Virus record (IMG/VR): IMGVR_UViG_3300020182_000007
From: a virus
DNA: 64,000 nt
Reading direction: 5' to 3' (one strand)
Positions within the stretch are counted from its first letter, which is position 1. The number at the start of each line of letters is the position of its first letter. Of the stretch, positions 28,459 through 37,058 are shown piece after piece. Position numbers and translations under genes: made by a program. The notes under the pieces are model-generated. The model worked only from the letters and a program-made list of their open reading frames with translations, had not been told where the DNA came from and did no database searches.

Positions 28459-29202
28459 TTATGCAGTTTGGCAGGTTGAAACTGTTAAAAGAGTTTCACT
28501 GTCTTTAGATGCAAATACTACCTTAGATGAAGAAATATAAACATTTTGTTCTTCTTTATCAAGAAGGTTTAAATACTTTTTGTATACTGTAACATTTCCA
28601 TCTCCGTTGCTTTCTGGATTAATCACCACGTTAAATGATTTACCTTTAACGTTAACTCCATTAGCACCAGATTTAATAGCAAACGTTTCGTCTTTATCAA
28701 GTGAAAATAAGTTTTTAACCTTTCCAATTGAATATGTGTCTAATTCAAAGTTAAACGAAGTATCATCTTTTGCAAAGATTACGTTAATTTGTTCTTGGGT
28801 AAGATCTTTAAATCCAAGAGATGGTTCTGAACATGAAAGAGTAATCTCTAGTTCGTCATTAAAAAGACGAAGTGTAGAAGCTACTAGATCTTCATCATTC
28901 TCAATAAATTCGATTTCACCTTTAATTGAATCATTGTCAAAATGCTTGATCGCATCAATAACTTTAGCTCCGTCAAAAAATGCTATTTTCATTTCTTTAC
29001 TAGTTTCCGGTGAGTTAGCAAGTTTAAAAATAGTGTCAGTGTTTACCGCATGATATTTTACAGCGTCTCTTTGTGGAAGATACACTGCCGAAGTTATACG
29101 GTTTTCATCCATTTTCATGTAGATGAAAGAATCAATTAACTTTACACGGTTAATAAAGTCTGTTAGTGAGTTTTGGTCAACTCGATCAATTACTAATTTC
29201 AT
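28459..29202 (-). CDS. Sliding clamp (gp45-like)
   Basis: 247 aa, adjacent to PolB. IAFFD...I..I..F, SCSEPSL and FEL....I.KV..L resemble gp45. Confidence 0.65.
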   Translation of the reverse strand: MKLVIDRVDQNSLTDFINRVKLIDSFIYMKMDENRITSAVYLPQRDAVKYHAVNTDTIFKLANSPETSKEMKIAFFDGAKVIDAIKHFDNDSIKGEIEFIENDEDLVASTLRLFNDELEITLSCSEPSLGFKDLTQEQINVIFAKDDTSFNFELDTYSIGKVKNLFSLDKDETFAIKSGANGVNVKGKSFNVVINPESNGDGNVTVYKKYLNLLDKEEQNVYISSSKVVFASKDSETLLTVSTCQTA

Positions 29203-29227
29203 ATTTTTTTATTTGTTTAAATTTAAA

Positions 29228-29255
29228 GTTATATGGGGATATATCGGTTTGTTTC
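29228..29255 (-). promoter_or_regulatory. GAAACA-N16-TATAAC promoter upstream of the clamp and PolB C-terminal genes
   Basis: Recurrent motif. Confidence 0.7.
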
Positions 29256-29271
29256 ACTGGGAAGTAGACAT

Positions 29272-29302
29272 AAAAAAACCTGAACTAAAAGTCCAGGTTT
29301 TT
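29272..29302 (-). terminator. Intrinsic terminator
   Basis: AAAAACCTGGAC / GTTCAGGTTTTT stem ending in a T run. Confidence 0.75.
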
Positions 29303-29328
29303 AATAGTTTTTGTTATATTATAAATCT

Positions 29329-29775
29329 TTATGCTTGTTTCCAACCGTTTTTACCTACCTCTAAGTTTGACATTGCTTTTATAACATCATCAATTGTAGC
29401 AACATTACCTTTTGTTACATACCAATTGCGTTTGGTACGACCTCCGCTGCCGTCTGTTGGTTGTGCGACTATCTGCATTTCTTTTGGTGCCAATGGTTCA
29501 TAATCGTCAGAGTTAAGAATTCTCCAAGTAAAACTATAATCCAAATCTTTTATTCCAAATATTTCAGTTCCGGTATTTCCTTTAGTCTTTGTATTCATGG
29601 TAAAAAAACCATGGCTATAGTCTACTTCCCATGTTGTAATCCCGGTTGCCTTAATTAATTTTTTTGTTAGTTCTGTACGTTCTTTTAGCCTTAACTTAGC
29701 ATCTTGATTAGAAGTACTATCATCAGCGAATTGAGATTCATTGATAAACTGTTCAAATAATTTAATGTGTTTCAT
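29329..29775 (-). CDS. Putative internal head protein
   Basis: Begins MKHIKLFEQFINES. Confidence 0.65.
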   Translation of the reverse strand: MKHIKLFEQFINESQFADDSTSNQDAKLRLKERTELTKKLIKATGITTWEVDYSHGFFTMNTKTKGNTGTEIFGIKDLDYSFTWRILNSDDYEPLAPKEMQIVAQPTDGSGGRTKRNWYVTKGNVATIDDVIKAMSNLEVGKNGWKQA

Positions 29776-29791
29776 TTTATATTTTGTTTTA

Positions 29792-30067
29792 TTAAACTGA
29801 ATAACCGGCGTCTGATAAGTACGATTGTACTACGTCAAGTGCATCATCAAATCCTTTGTTTTTTTCTACACCCGCATTTGGTCCCCATTCTTCTTGCATC
29901 CAGTATTCTAATGACTCAAATCCTTCGTCTTCCCAATCTCTGTTTTTTGGAAATTGAGACTTAAATTCATCTCCAATATTATAAGGATCTATATCATCCC
30001 ATGATTTTCTACCTTCTGTGATAAACTGTTCGAATAATTTAATGTGTTTCATAATGTTTATTTTCAT
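29792..30067 (-). CDS. Putative internal head protein, acidic (start may be 30052)
   Basis: MKHIKLFEQFITEG motif. Late promoter at 30079-30086. Confidence 0.65.
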   Translation of the reverse strand: MKINIMKHIKLFEQFITEGRKSWDDIDPYNIGDEFKSQFPKNRDWEDEGFESLEYWMQEEWGPNAGVEKNKGFDDALDVVQSYLSDAGYSV

Positions 30068-30102
30068 TTTTTATAATCTATATATCTTTTATTTTTACAA
30101 AT

Positions 30103-30188
30103 AAAAAGGGCAGAGATAGTAGCGAACTTTTCTCTGCCCAAGCCGTAACTATTACGGTCCTAAAATCCGATCGTATTTCAGATCGGCG
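30103..30188 (-). ncRNA. Three-hairpin structured RNA / terminator downstream of nrdA
   Basis: Stems CCGATC/GATCGG, CCGTAA/TTACGG and GGGCAGAGA/TCTCTGCCC followed by TTTTT. Confidence 0.55.
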
Positions 30189-30193
30189 TTTCT

Positions 30194-31819
30194 TTAAGCT
30201 CCGCAGCTATCACAATCAAGAATGTCTCTTGCAAATGACTGTGCTGAACTTTGACTAAATTGATAATATAGCGTCTTTACTCCCTCTTCGTGTGCATATA
30301 AATACAATTGATTAATATCCTTTGCTGCTACACTTGGGTGAATCATTAAATTTAAAGACTGTGATTGGTCAATAAATTTTTGTCTCTGTGCTGCCTGTAG
30401 AATTAATTCCTTTGGGCTAATTTCAATAAATGATTTAAATACTGCCTTTGTTGGAAAGTCTAAGTGTTGTACACTTCCATCTTTCTTTAAGATGTCCTCC
30501 CATACCTGTGGAGTGTTTAATCCGTATTTCTCTAATTCAGTTATTAAGTGATTATTTTTGTATATTGTCTTGGATTTTGCTAAATCTTTTACGAAATAAT
30601 TAGATTTAATTGGTTCTATTCCCATGCTTACTTGACCTAGAATAAATGAACTACTTTTTGTCGGTGCGATTGCAAGCAAAGTTGAGTTTGCATATCCTGG
30701 TCTAATTGATTTAATATCTTTCTCATCATGTAGCCATCTTGAAGCCTTATCGCTTCTCTCTTTTAGCGTTGAAAATATATCATGGTTAATTGCCTTTGCT
30801 GCTAATGAATTAAATTCAATAAGTTTTGATTGAAATAGTGAATGATATCCAAGTACTCCTAATCCGATAGCTCTGTGCTCTTTTGCAAATCTATGAGCTC
30901 TTGCCATTCCTGGTAAGTTATATGATTTCTTAACAAATTCATCCATTACTGCGTTTAAGAACAGTACGTATGTCTCAATTGCATCAGTTTCTTTAATTTC
31001 ATCCCAGTGTAAAAGATTTAATGAACCTAAACAACAAACAAAAGAATTAAATGAATCTGTTGGTAATTGAATTTCAGAACATAAATTTGAAGCTGTAATT
31101 TCAAGTCCTAATTCTTTATAGGGAGAATTATTATTAGAGTTGTCTTTAAACATGATATATGGAAAACCAAACTCATTGCGCTTTTGAATAACTTTAGCCC
31201 ATACTTTACGTTTATCTGCATCACCATCTTTCATTTCTTGAATCCATTTGTCAGTTACCGTAACTCCATATTGTAGATTTTGAATAGGGTTTCCTTCAGT
31301 TCCAATATCTAAAAATTCTAAAATGTCATTATGTTCTATTGGCAGCCAAGCTGCGCATGCACCTCTTCTTGCTTCGGATTGTTTACATACATCGACAGTA
31401 GTATCATACATTCTAGCATAGTGTACTGGTCCGTCTGCTGTCCCTCCTGTAGAAATACTTGCACCTCGCTCTCTAATGTTTCCTAAATAAACTGAAGTTC
31501 CGCCTCCATATTTTGACATCATTCCAATCTCTCTTGAACCGTTTAAGATACTATCTAATGTGTCATCTACGTTTGATCCATAACAACTGATTGGAAGTCC
31601 TTTATCTTTTCCAAAGTTAATCCAAACTGGAGTTGATAAACTATAAAAACCCCTGGTCATATAATCCTCAAACTTATGCGCAAATCCTTCTATCTTTAAA
31701 TATCTTTCTGCCGTGTTTGCAATGTCCTTAATCCTCTGTTCCGGTGTTTCCGAAATGTAACCTCTAGATAGAAACGTCCTGCTATCCTCGTTTAACCAGT
31801 AATTTTTTTCGTATTTCAT
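30194..31819 (-). CDS. nrdA: Ribonucleotide reductase class I alpha subunit, short, no ATP cone
   Basis: PISC, GGG, SNLCSEI, IAPT.SSS, KTLYY motifs and C-terminal CDSC. Confidence 0.95.
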   Translation of the reverse strand: MKYEKNYWLNEDSRTFLSRGYISETPEQRIKDIANTAERYLKIEGFAHKFEDYMTRGFYSLSTPVWINFGKDKGLPISCYGSNVDDTLDSILNGSREIGMMSKYGGGTSVYLGNIRERGASISTGGTADGPVHYARMYDTTVDVCKQSEARRGACAAWLPIEHNDILEFLDIGTEGNPIQNLQYGVTVTDKWIQEMKDGDADKRKVWAKVIQKRNEFGFPYIMFKDNSNNNSPYKELGLEITASNLCSEIQLPTDSFNSFVCCLGSLNLLHWDEIKETDAIETYVLFLNAVMDEFVKKSYNLPGMARAHRFAKEHRAIGLGVLGYHSLFQSKLIEFNSLAAKAINHDIFSTLKERSDKASRWLHDEKDIKSIRPGYANSTLLAIAPTKSSSFILGQVSMGIEPIKSNYFVKDLAKSKTIYKNNHLITELEKYGLNTPQVWEDILKKDGSVQHLDFPTKAVFKSFIEISPKELILQAAQRQKFIDQSQSLNLMIHPSVAAKDINQLYLYAHEEGVKTLYYQFSQSSAQSFARDILDCDSCGA

Positions 31820-31831
31820 GTGTAATTTTAT

Positions 31832-32050
31832 TTAATTATTGTTATTTCCCCCTTCTGTTTCAATCCATACATGTGCTCCACAACTTAGGGGTTTATCAGG
31901 GCTATACACTACTTTGCTAGGACCTAATATTTTTACTTCATGTGCATATGTATTATCCTTGTATGTTTTACAAGTTAATACAGGATCTTTAACATTGTTC
32001 TTTCTATTAGATTTTATTACGTGTTGGTTAACGTGAATAATTGTTTTCAT
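31832..32050 (-). CDS. Small conserved phage-type protein
   Basis: 72 aa with IHVNQH and PLSCGAHVWIET. Lies between nrdB and nrdA. Confidence 0.75.
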   Translation of the reverse strand: MKTIIHVNQHVIKSNRKNNVKDPVLTCKTYKDNTYAHEVKILGPSKVVYSPDKPLSCGAHVWIETEGGNNNN

Positions 32051-32053
32051 AAT

Positions 32054-33034
32054 TTAAAACAAATCATCTTCAGTAATTGATTTGCTTTTCTTATTATAAT
32101 CGGTACTTTTCTTGTAGAAGAAATCTCCTTCTTTAGTTGCTGTAATTTCTACATCAAACCATAATGTCTTTTCAATTTCAGTAAAATCAACATCAAATAC
32201 AGGTTTCATACCGATGCGAGTTAATGAGTTATTGAATCTGTTTTTAATAAAGTTCTGTATAGTTTCTTTTGACAAAAATGAAAGTTCACCTTGCTCAAAG
32301 ATCCAATCTAATATTTTACATTCAGCAACATAAGCCTTCTTGCATGCTGAATCTATTAGTTGTTCAAACTCCTCATCGAACCATTCTGGATTTTCTTCTT
32401 TAATAATATTAATAAGTTCTGATCCAAAGTTTCCGTGAATTTCTTCTTCTTTTGATGTTGCTTCAACTACATTTGAGATTCCTTTAAATAAGTTCTTCTC
32501 TTTGTTAAACGACATCATAATTAAGAACTGACTAAACAGACTTACATGTTCTATAAATAATGAGAACAGTAATACTGATTTAGTATACATTTTATCATCT
32601 CTACTTCTTGTACCGTCTAAGTATTTCTTTAAGTATGAAATTCTGTCTTTAATTGCAGGAATTTCAACTACACTTTTAAAATCATCTTCTAATCCAAGGA
32701 CTCTAAGTAATTGTGCGTAAGCATCTTTATGTCTTACTTCAGATTCTGCAAAAGTCATTCCAACATCACCAACTTCTGTAATAGGCATTCTTTTATAAAG
32801 ATCTGCCCAAAAAGTTTTAACATTAACTTCAATTTGTGCGATCGCAAGCATTGCTCTCTTAATAACTTCTCTTTCAGAATCAGAAACCTTAGTTTTAAAA
32901 TCGTCAATATCTGTAGTGAAGTTAAATTCGGTATGAATCCAATATGAGTGTCTAATTGCGTCTTTATACGCTAACAATTGTGGGTATTCATATGGTAATA
33001 TATTTGTTCTCGGTTGAAAAATGTTTTTATTCAT
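32054..33034 (-). CDS. nrdB: Ribonucleotide reductase beta subunit (class Id-like)
   Basis: Ferritin-like E..H motifs (SEVRH, EEIH) and radical-site Tyr. The first ligand is Glu (QIEVNVK). Confidence 0.93.
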   Translation of the reverse strand: MNKNIFQPRTNILPYEYPQLLAYKDAIRHSYWIHTEFNFTTDIDDFKTKVSDSEREVIKRAMLAIAQIEVNVKTFWADLYKRMPITEVGDVGMTFAESEVRHKDAYAQLLRVLGLEDDFKSVVEIPAIKDRISYLKKYLDGTRSRDDKMYTKSVLLFSLFIEHVSLFSQFLIMMSFNKEKNLFKGISNVVEATSKEEEIHGNFGSELINIIKEENPEWFDEEFEQLIDSACKKAYVAECKILDWIFEQGELSFLSKETIQNFIKNRFNNSLTRIGMKPVFDVDFTEIEKTLWFDVEITATKEGDFFYKKSTDYNKKSKSITEDDLF

Positions 33035-33108
33035 ATCTTATCGTAGCTGTGTTTTATTTAGTTAATCTATATATCATATAGATGGTATCATGGCTTATAT
33101 CTATAAAA

Positions 33109-34512
33109 TTATTTTTCAAATCTTTTTTTGAGTTCGTGAGCCTTTTCGTAATACTGGTACGATAATTTCTTATAATCTTTTCGTTGCTCATACAAGTCTC
33201 CTAGTATGTTTTTAAGAACTGAATCTTCTTTCTTATATACAACACCATTCTCACAAACTATTTCTTCTGTATTCTTCCTGCGTTGCTCTATTTGAGTCTT
33301 AGGTATTATATCTACATATGCTTCTGGTGATATATTAAACTGTCTCATTACTGAAGGATATAGTGAAGCAAAATCAAATGCGCTTACTCCAGAATAATAT
33401 CCAACTATTGGTTGTTTTACAAATGCACCTGCGTATTTGCCATCTTTTTGATTATCTTTCTGATTATAATCAACCCCAATCTTGTGATTTTGCTCAGCCA
33501 TCTTACGAGCCATTAATGCTTCGGTTACTGCAACGGGGCTTGCTGCTTTGTATAAAGGCATTTGTGTAATCGTTGCAAGAGTAAGTAAAACTTCCATTGA
33601 TTTTAATTTTTCGTCAATATAATATACTAAAATAGAATCTACTACATTATAAAACACATACTTTTGAAAATCATTTTCATAAAGATCTTGTAGAGAGCCC
33701 GTGTGCTTTATTTTAGCAACATCAAGAACTTGGCCAGCAACAAAATCAAGGCGATTTGATTCTTTTACCTTTACCGATCTGTCATATTTGTCATATAATT
33801 GCATATAATCTAAAATACCCATATGTAAAGGTCTACTATCGTTACTATCAAGAGCTCCTGTTACTGCAATTTCAGTTAGATCTATCTGGAGTCTTTTACA
33901 ACGATTTACAATATACTGCCAGTCATAGTTTATAAAATTCCATCCTGTCATCATTGGGAATTTAGGTAGGAATTTATGCAAGAACGTATATAACATGTTG
34001 TATTCATCCTTAAATTTATAGTAGCTAAACTCCCAATCTTGATCGTATTTCCTAAAGTGCTTTAGTGTGTCATCCTCAATCTTCTTGATTTGTTCGCTAG
34101 ATAAATCATCAAGACCTAAGACGATAGCCTTGCGTTCAGGTGTAATAATGGAGAACGCTAATATTCTAGTTCTAGCCTCTTCCGCTTTTGGAAAACCATC
34201 TACTATTTCGGTTTCAATATCGACAAAATATGTTCTTGGCATATTAAACTCGAATATTTCTTTCCGATCATTCTCAGGAAGAGAATCCATAAAATAGACT
34301 AGAGAAAACTTATTAAAGTTTCTAGAGCGCTGTCTTTTAAGAGGACGTCCATCCCAATTTGTATATGTTTGATCTTTCCACTTTTCATCTTCACCAGCAA
34401 CTACCCAATTTTCAAATTGAGATACTGGATACCTTTTAAAGGCTACCTTGCCTTCTTTGTTGTAGTATGAAACAATGACTTCGTTGGCTTTTTGTTCAAT
34501 ATCTAATAGCAT
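33109..34512 (-). CDS. DNA polymerase B, N-terminal subunit (3'-5' exonuclease plus motif A)
   Basis: DIET, GWN..YD, YN..D exonuclease motifs, Y.GAFV, DFASLYPS. Ends in the fingers region. Confidence 0.92.
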   Translation of the reverse strand: MLLDIEQKANEVIVSYYNKEGKVAFKRYPVSQFENWVVAGEDEKWKDQTYTNWDGRPLKRQRSRNFNKFSLVYFMDSLPENDRKEIFEFNMPRTYFVDIETEIVDGFPKAEEARTRILAFSIITPERKAIVLGLDDLSSEQIKKIEDDTLKHFRKYDQDWEFSYYKFKDEYNMLYTFLHKFLPKFPMMTGWNFINYDWQYIVNRCKRLQIDLTEIAVTGALDSNDSRPLHMGILDYMQLYDKYDRSVKVKESNRLDFVAGQVLDVAKIKHTGSLQDLYENDFQKYVFYNVVDSILVYYIDEKLKSMEVLLTLATITQMPLYKAASPVAVTEALMARKMAEQNHKIGVDYNQKDNQKDGKYAGAFVKQPIVGYYSGVSAFDFASLYPSVMRQFNISPEAYVDIIPKTQIEQRRKNTEEIVCENGVVYKKEDSVLKNILGDLYEQRKDYKKLSYQYYEKAHELKKRFEK

Positions 34513-34528
34513 TCTAATTATTTTAGAA

Positions 34529-34556
34529 GTTATATTAGCTAAAGTTGTATTGTTTC
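34529..34556 (-). promoter_or_regulatory. GAAACA-N16-TATAAC promoter upstream of the PolB N-terminal gene
   Basis: Recurrent motif. Confidence 0.7.
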
Positions 34557-34578
34557 TAACATATTTGCTAGATTACAT

Positions 34579-34606
34579 AAAAAAAGCCTAGATTTCTCTA
34601 GGCTTT
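34579..34606 (-). terminator. Intrinsic terminator with GAAA loop
   Basis: AAAGCCTAGA-GAAA-TCTAGGCTTT followed by a T run. Confidence 0.85.
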
Positions 34607-34634
34607 ATTTTAATTCGATGATACTCAAATTATT

Positions 34635-35219
34635 TTAATATTCAAAAGGCGGGGTACCGTAATCCTTTCTCTTAACAGCGTACCATGTTCCCTTAGTTTC
34701 AAAGTACCACCATTGTGTAGTTTCTATAATCCATATTTTACCGTTAGGTGATACTTGTTTATAACCTCCTCTAGTAAAGTTCTTAGTTACTGGTACTCCA
34801 TCTTCCCATGTCTTATTAGTAGATTGTGCATCCATTGATTTGCCAGAAAAATATCCTAAATAAACCCTTTCTTCTGCATTTTCATCTTTTGCAAATTGCA
34901 TTAATGCAGTAGAAGGTTTAGCTGATTCGCTTAAATTAAATGATTCAAACGTGCTAACGTATTTCATCTTTTTCTTTTTCTTTTTCTTTTTAAATATTTC
35001 TTTAGCGTCTCCTTGTCCTGATGGTACATCTCCAGAACCTGTAGTTCCTCCTGATGGAAGTTGAAGCTTACCCATACCTCCCATATTTCCTGGATGCGAT
35101 CCAGAACCAGGACTAATACCGTCATATTCGTTTAATTCAGATTCTGAAAGTTTTTCATTTTTTGTGCTAGACATATTGTTTATAATTTTATTTTTTAAAT
35201 TATTACCAAATGTATCCAA
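34635..35219 (-). CDS. Gly-rich / poly-Lys protein with an internal capsid-targeting-like motif (start may be 35174)
   Basis: GNMGGMG...GSGD segment, K8 tract, then MKYVSTFESF. Confidence 0.6.
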   Translation of the reverse strand: MDTFGNNLKNKIINNMSSTKNEKLSESELNEYDGISPGSGSHPGNMGGMGKLQLPSGGTTGSGDVPSGQGDAKEIFKKKKKKKKMKYVSTFESFNLSESAKPSTALMQFAKDENAEERVYLGYFSGKSMDAQSTNKTWEDGVPVTKNFTRGGYKQVSPNGKIWIIETTQWWYFETKGTWYAVKRKDYGTPPFEY

Positions 35220-37038
35220 AATCTTCTACTTGCTTTAATTTATCAGATACATCTTTAGCATATCTTTTAATTTCTTGATCGTAGTAATTTCCAGAATATC
35301 CAGAATCTTTTTCTATTTTAGCTTGGTTAGAAGAACTTACATATCTTTGGAAATCATCAAGGATATATTGCATGTGCCTTGCTGCTTCTGATAGTTTTGC
35401 TTCGCTACCCTTTTTGTTTCTTCCTATTATAATATCTCCGTATTTTCCTTTTTCTCCTTTAACAAGACCGTCTTTAATTTGCTTAGTTATAGTATCGATA
35501 GCATCGGCAACCATTTTATCTAAAGGCATTTTTGAGGCTCTATCTGAAATAATAGTGTTGTATCTGTCTAAGTTAGCTTTCTTAAAATCTTTATCAGATT
35601 TAAAAGATATAGCGCCCGCTTTAGAGTCAGCTCTTTCATCTCTTTTTGCGGTTGTAGAATATCTTGCTTTAAGAATATCTAAATCTAAGCAATATGCTCT
35701 ATCTGCTAATTCAGCAACTTTAGTTAAACTTGAAATACCACTTCCATAAGAATCATTAGAACTTGATTTGTCAAAACCAGAACTATCATCTCTTTTAGTC
35801 TTTTGTAAAGATTTTTTTCTATCTTTTGAATTGTATTTGTTTTGCCATTGCATATTCATCCATTCATTAGAACCATCTGTAATTGCTAATAAAGTATTTG
35901 CTGGAATAGTGCTAACGCCATAAGAACCACGAGCAGCGTATGGATTTTCTTTTTCGTTTGTTGTAAAGTATAAATAAACTGCGTTTTGTCTCTTTTCTTT
36001 TCTTGCTGCTTGAGGATCTATTTCAATAATATCTACATCTTGAACTTTATCAAGTGCAATTTTAGACATGTTGTAAAATGCTTTAGGAAGATCCTTAGGC
36101 ATTTTGTTACCTCCAGTTAAGATGCTTGCAAGTTTTACAGATGCAAACGCCTCATTAATTAAAGATTCATTAGTCATTGAAACTAATTCTTGTGCAATTT
36201 TCTTTGCTTTAGCACCTTTATGTCCGTATGATTCTACCGTGTCTAGTGCATCATCAATTTCCATTCCATGCAATTCTCCCATGTCTCCGCCTCTTTCGTC
36301 TAAAAGATCAGCTAAGATTGATTCAGCCTCTGTAGCTTCTTTTGATTCAGTTAAAAAGTTTACAAAGTCTCTAAATGATTCATATATAAATTGTGATTTC
36401 TTTTCTTCCTTTATTTGTACTGGGAATTTCTTGCCTCCAAATTCGAATTCTTTTTTACCTTCGTCTTTTGCTTTTTTAGCGGCTGCAACGAATGCTCTAC
36501 CCTCGTCGAGTTCTTCTTCATTTACTGTAATTTGTGAAAGTGCTTTTTTACCAAATTTTGAAAGTGAAATACCCTCTTCAGATATACTAAAGAATTTATT
36601 ATTTCTTCGCATCCACCTAGGAGAATCGGTTGACATTTCTTTTAAGATACTATTAAACTCTTCTTGTGTAATTTTACCATCAGAAATAGCCTCAAGCATT
36701 TTATTTCTAATTTTTGCGCTTTTACCAACAGTAACTGCGGGATAGCTTTCAGTATATCTTCTCTTGATAACAATCTTAGATTCATTAGCAGAATTAGATT
36801 CTTCGATGTAATCGTTTAAACCAGCATCGTCCCATCCGTCTTCAGATGCTAATACTGCTTCAAGATCTTTTCTAGCTCCAGTTAGTTCAACTTCTGGAAA
36901 ACCACTTGGTCCTTCGTTATTAACAATTTCCATTTTAACCTTATGTTTCTTAAGTAATTTTTTCAGTACTCTAGATTCTGGATCTGTTGCGTCCATTATA
37001 ACCGATGCTTCAGTTATAAATTGTTTAAAATTTATCAT
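35203..37038 (-). CDS. Putative internal head polyprotein
   Basis: MINFKQFITEA start, modules bounded by xNE/xTE sites, AATATATA promoter-like motif upstream. Confidence 0.6.
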   Translation of the reverse strand: MINFKQFITEASVIMDATDPESRVLKKLLKKHKVKMEIVNNEGPSGFPEVELTGARKDLEAVLASEDGWDDAGLNDYIEESNSANESKIVIKRRYTESYPAVTVGKSAKIRNKMLEAISDGKITQEEFNSILKEMSTDSPRWMRRNNKFFSISEEGISLSKFGKKALSQITVNEEELDEGRAFVAAAKKAKDEGKKEFEFGGKKFPVQIKEEKKSQFIYESFRDFVNFLTESKEATEAESILADLLDERGGDMGELHGMEIDDALDTVESYGHKGAKAKKIAQELVSMTNESLINEAFASVKLASILTGGNKMPKDLPKAFYNMSKIALDKVQDVDIIEIDPQAARKEKRQNAVYLYFTTNEKENPYAARGSYGVSTIPANTLLAITDGSNEWMNMQWQNKYNSKDRKKSLQKTKRDDSSGFDKSSSNDSYGSGISSLTKVAELADRAYCLDLDILKARYSTTAKRDERADSKAGAISFKSDKDFKKANLDRYNTIISDRASKMPLDKMVADAIDTITKQIKDGLVKGEKGKYGDIIIGRNKKGSEAKLSEAARHMQYILDDFQRYVSSSNQAKIEKDSGYSGNYYDQEIKRYAKDVSDKLKQVEDFGYIW

Positions 37039-37058
37039 ATTACTATTTTTTTGTTTTT

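Noticed and set aside
28457-33109. Split intein or intron joining the PolB halves
   Set aside because: No intein terminal residues and no intron or homing endonuclease features. The gap holds ordinary genes and terminators.
34968-34994. Programmed -1 frameshift at the poly-Lys tract
   Set aside because: No in-frame X XXY YYZ heptamer and no evident downstream stimulator.
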